This document shows positions 1-12,577 of a stretch of DNA of 64,000 nucleotides, piece by piece. The position numbers and the translations under genes are program-made. The DNA comes from Octopus bimaculoides (Eukaryota), in the NCBI RefSeq assembly GCF_001194135.2, contig NC_068997.1:52758196-52822195 (forward strand). Direction: 5' to 3'. Position 1 is the first letter of the stretch; each line of letters opens with the position of its first letter. A model generated the notes under the pieces. That model had not been told where the DNA came from and made no database searches. It saw only the letters and a program-made list of their open reading frames with translations.

Positions 1-840
1 TGTAAGCGAAGAAGACTGCTCGTAGGATGGAAATGCTCCTTTTACGAAGGCAAGGAAAACAAACACTCTGTTAAAAAGACTGTCCTGAGATAAACTTAGA
101 AAATCCCTGAGTTATGGAATACATTTATAAACACCAACTCAAGGAATATTGGTAGAATATTCCCATCAAAACTTCTGTCAAATGTAAACATAACATACCT
201 TGAAGTGCCACCTGGACACCTCCCCAGTCTGTTCCATGCCTCAGTCTGTTCCATGCAAACATGGGAATGTGAAGTTTGGAAAAAAATACAATGATAATGT
301 TTATTAATCAACAGAGAGAAATCTCTCAGAGAGAAAACTCAACCGGGAAACAAAGACACTACTTAAAAGGAACTCGCCACCGTTCCCCTGCTATTTACAT
401 TGGAAATGGAAATGGCTAAATTTATATATTGTGTCTCCAGTTTTAAACACTTCAAACGTAGTTGCCTTTTTTTTGCTTCTTGTTTTTTTTTTTTTGCTGA
501 GTTTTAATCATTTTGGGTTTATTTTTGTAGTTTTTTTGTTTTACATGTTATTTATTTTCTCTTTTTTTTTTGTGTTTGTTTGTTCGTTTGGTCATGTTTT
601 GATGAACTCAAAAGAAAAGAAAAAAAGAATCAGGAGAAAAAAAAAAAATCAATGAAAGAACACCCAAGTTAACTGCTACTTGTACTACTACCTCTTCTGG
701 AACCACCACCCCACCACCACCACCACCACCACCGACACTACTACTACTACTACTACTACTACCACTACTACTAAAACTACTGTTGCTGCCAACACCACCA
801 CCACTACTGCTACTACCACCAATACTACTAAAACTACCAC

Positions 841-1003
841 CGATGCTGGTGTGTTTGCGTCCCCATAACTTAGCGGTTCGGCAAAGGAGACTGATAGAAT
901 AAGTACTAGGCTTACAAAGAAAGAATCCTGGGATCAATTTGTTTGACTAAGGACGGTGCTCCAGCATGGCCACAGTCAAATGATTGAAACAAATAAAAGA
1001 ATA
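841..1003 (+). mobile_element. SINE family A, 3' half
   Basis: gtgtgtttgcgtccccataacttagcggttcggcaaa...ccagcatggccacagtcaaatgattgaaac matches the tails of the copies at 53297 and 55711. Confidence 0.8.
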
Positions 1004-1950
1004 TACACACACACACACACACATGTGTACATATATATGTGTATGTGTCCCTGAATGTATTTGTGTGTGTGTGTGTGTGTGTGTGTGTTTGTTCATATCC
1101 ACTGAAATAGCTACAAGAATGCACCCCTTTACTCCATGGTATGCTTCACCTTGTCGCCACCCTCACTTCCCAATCTTGACCCCCCCACCCCGCTTCATTC
1201 ATTTTTCAACTTTCACTACCCCACCCCTACTCTCCACAACAGGGTCACCCTCACCACCACCACCACCCTCTACCCCACACTATTCTCACCAGCTCCACTC
1301 TTCACCGCATACCCATCTTCACCTCCCTTCCCCAAGTCCACTCCCCACCCTCACTGCTCCTTTACTCCACCTCATAGCCATCCCCAACCACTAGGTCCCA
1401 CCTTGTTCCCCTTTGACCCTCGTCAGCCTTACCCTTTATCTCCACATCTGCTCCTATCTTGTCCCCCCACCCTCTAGACCATTCTATTTTCTCTCTGCTA
1501 ATCATCAAAGACCACAACCAGAAAATTGATGTCCAGCCAATTGGCAGTAAAGGCCTCCACCAGTTCATCTCAGAATGACTAAAGTATTTTTTTTCATGTT
1601 TAAAACCAGCAAAGATTTTATTTAGACGAGAAATAATTTGGCAGGTGTTTTTTTTTCATTGTCTTTTTGATAGCTTAAATTTTTTTTTTTTTATCTCCAA
1701 TGATATTTGTTGTACTTGTTTCAATTGAACCACCACCTGGTCAGTGCTGGCCACATATCTGGTCACACACCACTTTAATTAGCTTTTAGGCAGTAGTTAC
1801 TAGATCGTCTGTGAATTCTGGACAGGTAAAATGTGGGAAGCATGACCACCTGCATGGCATCTTAGACAAGTGTATTCTGCTATAGCTCAGCCTGGGCTGA
1901 CCAATGCCTTGCGAGAGAGTTTAGCCTGCCTTTATATATATATGTATATA

Positions 1951-2155
1951 TCATCATCATCATCATCATCGTCATTTAACGTCCACTTTCCATGCTGGCA
2001 TTGGTTTGACGGTTTGACTTAGGACTGGTGAGCCAGAAGGCTGCACCAGGCTCCAATCTGATCCGGCAATGTTTCTACAGCTGGATGCCCTTCCTAATGC
2101 CAACCACTCCTGAGAGTGTAGTGGGTGCTTTTACGTGACACCAGCACGAGGGCCA
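1951..2155 (-). mobile_element. Repeat family C: RTE-LINE 3' tail or tail-sharing short element ending in (GAT)n
   Basis: Reverse complement matches 26140-26350. Confidence 0.8.
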
Positions 2156-3050
2156 TTCAGGTAGTGGTTCAGCAAAGGAGATCAATAGATTAAGTGCCAA
2201 ACTTAAAAACATAATTGCTGGGGGGTCGATTTGTTTGACTGACCTTTCAAGACGCTACCCCAGCATGACCGGAATCCAATGATTGAAGAAAATAGAAAAG
2301 AAATAAGAAGACTAAAAGAATAACCATTATTTTATGTCTGTTTTNNNNNNNNNNNNNNNNNNNNNNNNNNNNNNNNNNNNNNNNNNNNNNNNNNNNNNNN
2401 NNNNNNNNNNNNNNNNNNNNNNNNNNNNNNNNNNNNNNNNNNNNNNNNNNNNNNNNNNNNNNNNNNNNNNNNNNNNNNNNNNNNNNNNNCTGTCATTTCC
2501 TCTTCTCCTTTCTTCAAGATTTTTCAAGTCTGCTGTCCCTCCTTTCATTTTCTCCTCACTCTAACCACTACCCCCCCCCCTCGCTACTCTACAAATACAC
2601 TCATTACCTCTTCCTACTCCTCCCAGGGTTCCAGCTGAAATGTCAACCGTTTCTTCTTTCTCCCAACATATTGGATTCCACTGTTTGAATAGTTTTGCTG
2701 TTTGCTGGTACAGAATCACCTGTTTATGTATGTTTGTCTATGGATGTCAACTGCTATCTATCTACCTGTCTGTCTATCTGTTGAGAGGTCTACCTACTTA
2801 CCTATCCATCTTTCTATCTATATATCTGTCTTTTAATCTATCCATCTACCTGCCTATCTGTCTGTCTGTCTGTCTTCTTATAAGTCTTTCTTGCTATTGT
2901 CTGTCTTTATATCTGTCTATCTATTTATGTCTGTCTGTCTTTCTATCCATCTATCTGACTGTCTCTTTCTTTATCTCTATCTGTCCCATCTATCTATTTC
3001 TCTGTCTATCTAACTCACTGTTTGCTTATCCATTTTCCTCTCTATTCATT

Positions 3051-3121
<71 letters not shown>

Positions 3122-3916
3122 CCATATGTCTATCCATCCATTTACTCTTCCATCCGTCTATTCAGTTATTCATCCATCCATCTTCTTTTTCTCCATCCAT
3201 CCTTCCAGCCACCCAGCTCGCCACCCAGCCAGCCATCTCCTTATATCCCTCTTCCCCTACCTCCCCAATCCTCTCCACCCCTGTTTAAGTCAGATCATTT
3301 TATTGGTGATCGATTCTTCCCCAACTAATTGCTTTCTCATGTCCGATGGGTTTAACTGACCACAAATACTAAACACTTGTTCCCGCTCTGTCATTTCTCA
3401 CCAAATGCAAACTTCCACTTCTTCTGTCATAGACAGAATTTACTATTGAGAAAAGGATTTCATGGCAGCACCATTCTCTGCAGAAGAATCGCTTGTGGAA
3501 GCTAGTCATATGGCAACTGTCTTACGGAGACCAAGAGTGGCAGGGATAATAAATAGCGGATTATATGGTGAGTGTGTGTGTAGAAGTGGAGGGGTGTCAG
3601 GGTGGCTGTGTAGCAAAGAAGCTTGCTTCCCAGCTGTGTAGTCTTGGTTTCAGTCCCATTGCACAGCACCTTGGGTAAGTGTTTTACCATAGCCCTGGGC
3701 CGATCAAAGCCTTATGGGTGGAAACTGTAAGAAACCCCATTATATGTGCATGTATACATATTTGTATGGGTGTGTATACATGTGTGTGTGTGTGTGTGTG
3801 CATGTAAATATATATCTGTATGAGTATAAGCTCTCTCTTTATCTCTCTCTCATATATATACAGGGTTATTCAAAAAGAATGAAACAATTTCATTATGCAA
3901 TATTTTAATATATATT

Positions 3917-3951
<35 letters not shown>

Positions 3952-3954
<3 letters not shown>

Positions 3955-4115
3955 TGGCTGTGTGGTAAGTAGCTTGCTTATCAACCGCATGGTTCTGGGT
4001 TCAGTCCCACTGTGTGACACCTTGGGCAAGTGTTATCTACTATAGCCTCAGGCCAACCAAAGCCTTGTGAGTGGATTTGGTAGACGGAAACTAAAAGAAG
4101 CCCGTCGTATATATA

Positions 4116-4180
<65 letters not shown>

Positions 4181-4200
4181 TTGTGTCTGTGTTTGTCCCC
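3952..4200 (+). mobile_element. tRNA-derived SINE family A with CORE-like segment
   Basis: A box TGGCTGTGTGG, B box GGTTCAGTCCC, then ctgtgtgacaccttgggcaagtg resembling the MIR/CORE domain; internal (TG)n. Confidence 0.85.
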
Positions 4201-4519
4201 ACAACATATATTCACACTGAGTTGAAACGCTGTTTGATTTATTTTTTTCAGCGTACAATTTTCATCATCCCACTACCAAGTATGACATCACCCCTTCCTT
4301 CCTTATTCATCTATCACCCCTTCCTTCCTCATTCATAAACACAAGAGTATTATTATAGTAGATTACCTCAGTAGCCATGGGAGCTATGAAAAAAGTACAA
4401 AGCTCAGCATCACCACCAGATCATTCTATGTAATTTTTCGCACAATTCCACCCAGCCGTTTGACCGAGAATCCCAAGACAAGAAAGAATCGCTCATGTCA
4501 AATTTATATGTATAGATAT

Positions 4520-4704
4520 GTGTTATTTCTTTACTACCCACAAGGGGCTACACACAGAGGGGACAAACAAAGACAGACAAACGGATTAAGTCAATTATAT
4601 CGACCCCAGTGCGTAACTGGTACTTATTTAATCGACCCCGAAAGGATGAAAGGCAAAGTCGACCTCAGCGGAATTTGAACTCAGAACGTAGCGGCAGACT
4701 AAAT
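4520..4704 (-). mobile_element. SINE family B, partial, ends at a gap
   Basis: Reverse complement contains ttctgagttcaaattcc...gtcgactttgcctttcatcctttcggggtcgat. Confidence 0.75.
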
Positions 4705-6175
4705 NNNNNNNNNNNNNNNNNNNNNNNNNNNNNNNNNNNNNNNNNNNNNNNNNNNNNNNNNNNNNNNNNNNNNNNNNNNNNNNNNNNNNNNNNNNNNNNN
4801 NNNNNNNNNNNNNNNNNNNNNNNNNNNNNNNNNNNNNNNNNNNNNNNNNNNNNNNNNNNNNNNNNNNNNNNNNNNNNNNNNNNNNNNNNNNNNNNNNNNN
4901 NNNNNNNNNNNNNNNNNNNNNNNNNNNNNNNNNNNNNNNNNNNNNNNNNNNNNNNNNNNNNNNNNNNNNNNNNNNNNNNNNNNNNNNNNNNNNNNNNNNN
5001 NNNNNNNNNNNNNNNNNNNNNNNNNNNNNNNNNNNNNNNNNNNNNNNNNNNNNNNNNNNNNNNNNNNNNNNNNNNNNNNNNNNNNNNNNNNNNNNNNNNN
5101 NNNNNNNNNNNNNNNNNNNNNNNNNNNNNNNNNNNNNNNNNNNNNNNNNNNNNNNNNNNNNNNNNNNNNNNNNNNNNNNNNNNNNNNNNNNNNNNNNNNN
5201 NNNNNNNNNNNNNNNNNNNNNNNNNNNNNNNNNNNNNNNNNNNNNNNNNNNNNNNNNNNNNNNNNNNNNNNNNNNNNNNNNNNNNNNNNNNNNNNNNNNN
5301 NNNNNNNNNNNNNNNNNNNNNNNNNNNNNNNNNNNNNNNNNNNNNNNNNNNNNNNNNNNNNNNNNNNNNNNNNNNNNNNNNNNNNNNNNNNNNNNNNNNN
5401 NNNNNNNNNNNNNNNNNNNNNNNNNNNNNNNNNNNNNNNNNNNNNNNNNNNNNNNNNNNNNNNNNNNNNNNNNNNNNNNNNNNNNNNNNNNNNNNNNNNN
5501 NNNNNNNNNNNNTATATATATATATATATATATATAGTGATGGTGCCATGTGCATCCAGCTTTAAAAACCATTCCAAAACAGACAATAGAACCTGATGTG
5601 ACTCCTGGTCTTGCCAGCTCCTATCAAACTGACCAACCAATGCCAGCAAGGAAAATGTTAAATGATGATGGTTGTGACGATATATATAATGTATAAAATC
5701 GAATACATAAAACTGTGGTGAACCAGGCCACACGTATGTGCCATATACGATCTAACCGTACACATATATACACCTTCGTCTCCCTCAGCTCAATAAAATC
5801 TGTGTAACAAAATCAGTTTCCCTAAAAATAGATAAGAAGCTGAAAATTAATTTGAAGAACAGTACCGTGCCAAAAACGCTCCAGCTAGGACATGTCTATA
5901 ATAACATTTATTCTCTTGCATTTTTAGAGCACACACAGAGGGATGCTCTCTCTCTCACATACACAAACACATTAATGTTTATGCATGTACACAGATTAAA
6001 ACATACACACATACACATATGTACATGAACATACATACACACAGGTTATCAGAATTTGCCAAGGAATTTTTTTCCAATTTTTGGTCTCTTTATTATGTAA
6101 ACACCTACTTCACTTCGTCTATCATAGAAAAATCAAAATCAATGATTTTGTAGAAATAAAGAGAGAATATATTAA

Positions 6176-6472
6176 TATACACACACACACATGTATGTAT
6201 ATGGACATATGTATATGTATGTATATCTGTACGTACGTGTGTATGTGTGTATATACATGTGTGTATATGCGTGTGTGTGTACATATGTATATGTATGTAC
6301 ATATGTATATGCTTGTACTTATATATGTGTGTGTATGTTCATATGTACATGTATGTGGATATGTCTATGTAGATATAATGTATGTATGTGTATATATATA
6401 TATATATATGTATGTATGCACACATATATATATATGTGTGTGCGTGTATGTGTATATATGTATGTGTGTGTA

Positions 6473-6523
<51 letters not shown>

Positions 6524-6606
6524 GTGTTTTATATGTATGTATATATGTATGTAATGTATGTATATGTGTATGTAATGTACGTATATATATGTATGTAATG
6601 TATATA

Positions 6607-6650
<44 letters not shown>
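6176..6650. repeat. Compound (TA)/(TG)/(TATG) microsatellite block, representative of dozens in the window
   Basis: Directly visible; source of the spurious Y/I/C/V/M-rich ORFs. Confidence 0.95.
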
Positions 6651-6654
<4 letters not shown>

Positions 6655-7621
6655 CTGTATATAAGTATTTATATCTATGTAGATATATAGGTATATATTG
6701 AGATATGTGTGTATGCATATTTTTATATAGGTGTGTGTGTGTGTGTGTATGTAGTCGTTTGCTGCTACGTATGCATGTGTCCCCATTGCCAGCCCTTCCC
6801 TACTAACCTTATTGTATTAGCGTCTCACCTCTTTCACACCCATTTCACTATTCCCTGTTCTGTGTCTTCTCCCCGCCTCTATTGCACCTACCTACCTATC
6901 ATTCATCTCTTATTCATACCCCTGTTACTCAGGTCCCTTTACCCCTCTTGCTCCTGCTTGTTGTACCCTAACCCCTTTTACTCACCCCTTATTCACTCCC
7001 GATACTTTTCAATCATGCAGTGATATGCTGTTGGGATGACTGAGGACAGATGTGGTTCTCTCTTCTCTTGGCCATACGCTGCACTCTCTCATCCTCATCT
7101 TTACTGCTCATCTACTGTTGAACATAAAGTACTCATCTCTCAATTACTCCCTCTTTTCATCAATTCTTACTGCATTCTGCTCCAGCATGGCACAGATCTT
7201 CACTTTGCATTACTTCCAGTGAGGATATCACAGCCCCTATTCTGACCCTCTCGCTATCATTTCTTTCTGTTGCCCTCAACACCTTTTGAGTATGGTTGTT
7301 GCCAGAACTGCCTGACTGGTCCTTGTGCCGGTGGCACATAAAAGCACCCACTACACTCTGGGAGTAGTTGGCGTTAGGAAGGGCATCCAGCTGTAGAAAC
7401 TTTGTCTCTTTCTGTCTCTGTGTCCACCAATTCCCTCTCTCTATCTCTCCACCGTTCCAATCTTTATGTCCTCATCTCCCATTCCTTGCTACTCCAATCT
7501 GTCTCCTCTTTTCTCTGGAACTCCTCTCTCTTTCTCTCTTTCTCTTGGCTTTTATATACCTACCCATCCATCCATCCATTCTGCACTCAGCCACTTCAGT
7601 CTGTCTCCTCCTTTCTCTGGG

Positions 7622-7659
<38 letters not shown>

Positions 7660-8240
7660 TTATATATCTTATCTACCCATCCCTCCATCCATCCATTCAT
7701 CCATCTCTTCATCCCTTCTGCACTCAGTCACTTCCATCTGTCCCTCTCTCCTCTCCCCTCCCTTTATACTCCTCCTCCCTCTCCACCACACCCCTGTGTT
7801 CTTACAGTACACAATCATAAATATTTAATCATCATTTAGTCATTTCAGTATGTATAACAATCTTGTTTTTCTTGTTGTGAATGTTGTTGTTGTTGCAGTT
7901 ATTTTCACATTTTACGTGTTTTTGTCTTGGATTTGATTTGCATTTTTCTGCGTTTTTTTTTTGGAAACCTTTGTGTATGAGTGAATGTGTATGCATACAC
8001 ACTCACATACACTCACACACACACACACTCACATACACTCACTCACACACACACACACTCACATACACTCACACACACACACACTCACGGATCTTTCAGC
8101 AGGTGATTGACATCCATGTATGTGTATGTACACACACACACTGGAGTTGAATAAGCTGTTCAATAAGAGTCACATATCATCATCACCATCATCATCAAGT
8201 TTATGTTCATTTTTCCATGCTTGCTTGGGTTAGGGGAGTC

Positions 8241-8290
8241 CTTTCTGCCACACCTTTCTGCCACACCTTTCTGCCACACCTTTCTGCCAC
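8241..8290 (+). repeat. 13-bp tandem repeat ctttctgccacac x3.8
   Basis: Directly visible. Confidence 0.9.
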
Positions 8291-8814
8291 ATGTTACATT
8301 CTTTTATCATCTCTCATCTGACGTTCAGTTTTCCCGAGATCACACTTCACCACTTTTGCCTATATCCACCTTGTTCTTACTCTTCCATTGGTTCCTCTCA
8401 TATGAATCTCCTGGCACTTTTGTGCCACCCACTTGTCTGCTTCCATACACATCACACATCCACACCTGTTTAATAGTCTTCTACTATTAAAACCCCAGTC
8501 CAATAAAAGATTTGTGAGGTGCACCTACAACCCTGATATATATTTAGCATCTAGTCTATGCTTTCAATGATTGTTTTCAGCTGATTCTGTATATCCACGT
8601 AATTTAGTTCCAATATAAACGACATTGTAATAACATACTGGAGATTAACGATATGTTATTGAGGTCTTAATTACTCTGGATACATAGTTTTTTTTTAATG
8701 TTTATACATCAAATCTATATATAGGTATATAATATATCTATCCAGTGTGCACTATACAATGTTTTGGGGGATAATTCGAAAAGTAATGTATAATTTTTTA
8801 ATAAACATAGGCCC

Positions 8815-9058
8815 AGGAGTGGCTGTGTGGTAAGTAGCTTGCTTACCAACCACACGGTTCCGGTTCAGTCCCACTGTGTGGCACCTTGGGCAAGTGTCTT
8901 CTACTATAGCCTCAGGCCGACCAAGGCCTTGTGAGTGGATTTGGTAGACAGAAACTGGAAGAAGCCCGTCGTATATGTATATATATATGTATATATGTAT
9001 GTATGTGTGTGTGTTTGTGTGTCTGTTTGTCCCCCCACCCCAGCATCGCTTGACAACG
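8815..9058 (+). mobile_element. SINE family A copy
   Basis: Same A/B boxes and body as the copy at 3952-4200. Confidence 0.85.
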
Positions 9059-9677
9059 AATTTAGTTAAATAACTTAGTTACCATTAAGCTAGTGTTAGG
9101 AACAAATTGTGACTAAGGTTTGGTGGAAGATTTTAATTCAAAACTTATGAAAACAAGACTACAGAGCCAGAGGTGGTTTCAGCCGGGTTGGTATCAAAAG
9201 GGTCAAACAGTATGAAAAATGGAGCCAGGAGAAGAGAACAGGTTTCTTGCTGTAGAGGAGGGACATGGCTACTCCCATTGTAGAAGAACAGACGAGAGTA
9301 ATGAAGTTGTCAACATGATAGTCAGTTCAGTTGTTGCTTGCATTATTTTTAGCTTCCTTGCAAAGCAGTCCTTTATAAACACTGTTCAGTGGCTTCAATA
9401 CACGCAATACATAGGAATTTCTAATTCCTCATTCACCTGTCAGTATTAATAGCATTGCAGAATTGTTATGGATTTTTGTGTTTTCCTTTTGTTTAGTTTC
9501 GGTCTTTTTCTCTTCTTTTTACTTTTCTTTCAGTCATTTTTAATGACTAAATGACCTCACAGTGACAATAACGAGTCATTGGTTTGGCTGGAAATAATGC
9601 ATCAACTGGGTTTTTAACTACTGGACAAACTAGATTAAGATTTGCACTTCAGGTTTCATATATAATAGCTATTAGAT

Positions 9678-10008
9678 GAAGGTGCATGACTCAGTGGTTA
9701 GAGCGTCGGCCTCACAATCATGAGGTAGTGAGTTCGATTCCCAGACCAGGCTGTTGTGTTCTTGAGCAAGACACTTTATTCCACATTGCTCCTGTTCACT
9801 CAGCTGTAGAAATGAGTTGTGACATCACCAGTGTCAAGCTGGATCAGCCTTTGACTTTCCCTTGGATAACATCAATGGCGTGGAGAGTGGGAGGCTGGTA
9901 TGCATGGGTGACTGCTAGTCTTCCATAAACAACCTAACCTGGACTTGTGCCTCGGAGGGTAACTTTCTGGATGCAATCCCATGGTCATTCATGACCAAAG
10001 GGGGGTCA
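9678..10008 (+). mobile_element. tRNA-derived SINE family D
   Basis: TGACTCAGTGG A box, GAGTTCGATTCCC B box, ttgagcaagacacttta core; a second copy lies at 32897-33150. Confidence 0.8.
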
Positions 10009-10089
10009 GATTAGGTGTATGTGAAAGGAAAACTCATAAACATATGGGGTATGAGTTCAAACCCTGCCTTAATCATTCTGTTGTGCTCC

Positions 10090-10851
10090 TAAATATTTTT
10101 AAAAGATTTTTGCTGAATCCCAGGTCTCATAGGGCCAGTTACTGAGATCATGACATTTCCCTGAATGGGACGCTGGTCTAGGTTCAAAGACAGCAATTTT
10201 GAATGCAGCCATAATCCCTGCCTTCAGTTCATTTGCGGTGTTACAAGAAGTTTTGTTGGTCTCTTACTCAGCTCTGCCCCACGCATAATAATCAAGGGTG
10301 TTGCAGTCTGGGGAGTTAGGTGGCCATATGTTAGGGCTGATGTGGTCGCAGAAATTGTCTGACAGCCATGACTGGGTTCTCCTGCTTGTGTGGCAGGGTG
10401 CAGAGTCCTGTTGCCAGACATAGGGTCTTCCAGCTCCTGCCCTTTTGACCCAGAGCAGCATTATTTCTTCCAGGCACTTGATGAAGCCTCCGTTTTGAGT
10501 GTGAGGCCGTGTGGAAAGATGAATGGAGGCATAACGTCGCCATTACTAGAGATCACTCCAAACACCATGATGTTGACTTGATGTTTGATTTTTATCACTC
10601 TCGGGACATGCCCTCAGATTGACACCCAAACACTCTGAAATGTTTGTATTGGAGCTTCCGGTGTGAATGCTAGGCTGTACAGCATGTCGTTTCCTAATTT
10701 CTGGCAGAGTGAATTGTATTATGGTGCTAGTTTTCTCACAGATGGTGCCCAACTGACCCTACTATACTGTGTAGTCAACAAAAACAAACAACACACATGT
10801 GCGAAATTAAAAATATAAAATGGCAACAATTTACCCATCACGCTCTGTATA
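10090..10851 (-). mobile_element. Tc1/mariner DD37D (maT-like) transposon relic, internally deleted, transposase pseudogenised
   Basis: WQQDSAPCH...WPPNSPDCNTLDY has 37 residues between the 2nd and 3rd Asp. Upstream KHQVNIMVFGVISSNGDVMPPFIF, with a frameshift and an in-frame stop (GRAE*ETNKT). Candidate single TIR TATACAGAGCGTGATGGGTAAATT at 10828-10851. Confidence 0.85.
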
Positions 10852-11186
10852 CATGTGTATGTGTATGTATGGTATACATGTGTATGTGTTTGTATGTTTG
10901 TATGTCATAAAGAAAATGTGATGTGAAGACGGGGCCAGCTCCTTGTCTTCAGCCTCAGCTGACCACTGGTGTCTGACCTGTAGCAGGGCCTTTCAAGCAT
11001 GCATTAGGATGATTGGCCACAGTTGGATACACCGTTACTCACTTTCTTCTCCCATGTAATATCCTTCGTCATCTATTGACAACAGACAAACAGACATTAT
11101 GATGTGTGTGTTTGTATGTACACATCTATCTATATATATATATGTATGTATGTGTGTATCTCACCTGTTGCTTCTCTCTATTTCAG

Positions 11187-11283
11187 CCGAACACCAATTT
11201 GTATGGCGTTCACCCCTTCTACCTGAATATGGAGGATGACAACAATGCCCATGGTGTGTTCCTTCTGAATAGCAATGCAATGC
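11187..11283 (+). CDS. GAA: GH31 exon (97 nt) [32 protein letters not shown]
   Basis: tttcag acceptor and gtaag donor; matches the GAA GANLYGSHPFY...[11 protein letters not shown] block. Confidence 0.95.
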
Positions 11284-12545
11284 GTAAGTCTTACGAACCC
11301 CACTCTTCTTATTTTTGTTCATTCTTGTCATTGTTGTTGTTCTTCTTCTTCTCCTTCCTCCTTTTCCTTCTCCTCTTTCCTTTTCCTTCTCCCCTTCCTC
11401 TTCCTTTTCCTACCTCTTCCTTTTCCTTCTCCCCTTCCTCTTCCTTTTCCTTCCTCTTCCCTTTCCTTCTCCTTCCTTTCCTTCTCTTCCTTCTCCTTCC
11501 TCTTCCTTTTCCTTCCTCCTCTTCCTTCTCCTCCTTCCTCATCCTTCTTCCTTCTCTTTCCTCTTCTTTCTCTTTCCTTCTCCTTCCTCTTCCTTCCTTC
11601 GCCTCCTTCTCCTTCCTCCACCTCCTTTTCCTTCCTCCTCTTCCTCTTCTCCTTCCTCCTCTTCCTCTTCTCCTTCCTCTTCTCCTTCCTCTTCCTTCTT
11701 CCTCCTCTTCCTTCTCCTTCCTCTTCCTTCTCCTTCCTCTTTCTTCTCCTTCCTCTTCAGTATTCGTCTATCAAATCTACTCACAAGGCATTGGTCAGTT
11801 CAAGGCATTGGTCAGTTCAAGGCATTGGTCAGTTCAAGGCATTGGTCAGTTCAAGGCTACATGAGAAGACACTGGCTGAAGTACTACACCATGAGGTAGT
11901 ACTTGAGACTACTGGCTTAAAGATTGAACTCTATATCCCACTCTCCTTTGTCTTTGAACTGCCCTAAATGCTTTTGTGGCCCTTGTGCCAATAAAGTATT
12001 CTTTATGATTATTATTGTGTGGAGAAATCAGAGCAGATGGGTTGGACATGTTGTTTGCATGCAAGATTCTTTTGTCAGGACAAGTAGAGAGATTCCACAG
12101 TAAAGGAGGGCCCGTCCGTAGGTATAAAAATAGGTTGAAGCAATCATTAAAAATCTCCACAGGTTAATTTGACATCTTGGGAAAGTTATCGTCTAGATTG
12201 GTCTGATTGGCGAAAGATGTGTCTTGATGTATCTAAACAATTTGAGTTGAAGAAACAGAGCAATGAAAGAATTATCTCCTGCAACCAACGGCCACGTTTG
12301 TGCAGTCGCAGGTAAAATCAGAACCCTCAGTGTTCCCCATTGTGACTCCATAGAAAAATCCCATTTCTGGATTCAAATTACATTCACGCATCCATCACAA
12401 ATAAGATGCAGCTTCTTTTATTTTTAATCCTTATTTTTTAAAAATCCTTTCCTTCAAACACTCATTCATCAAAGTCGACAGGAATGACCATCATCATCAT
12501 CATCATCATCATCGTCGTCATCATCATCATCATTATTATTATTAT

Positions 12546-12577
<32 letters not shown>

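Noticed and set aside
1790-1825. 36-nt AG...GT segment (AVVTRSSVNSGQ) as an upstream glucosidase exon
   Set aside because: Only a vague resemblance to the GAA N-terminal domain, with no adjoining exons to support it
9678-9750. tRNA gene (also the heads at 15400-15468, 3952-4015 and others)
   Set aside because: A and B boxes are present but there is no complete cloverleaf, and each continues into a repeated SINE body
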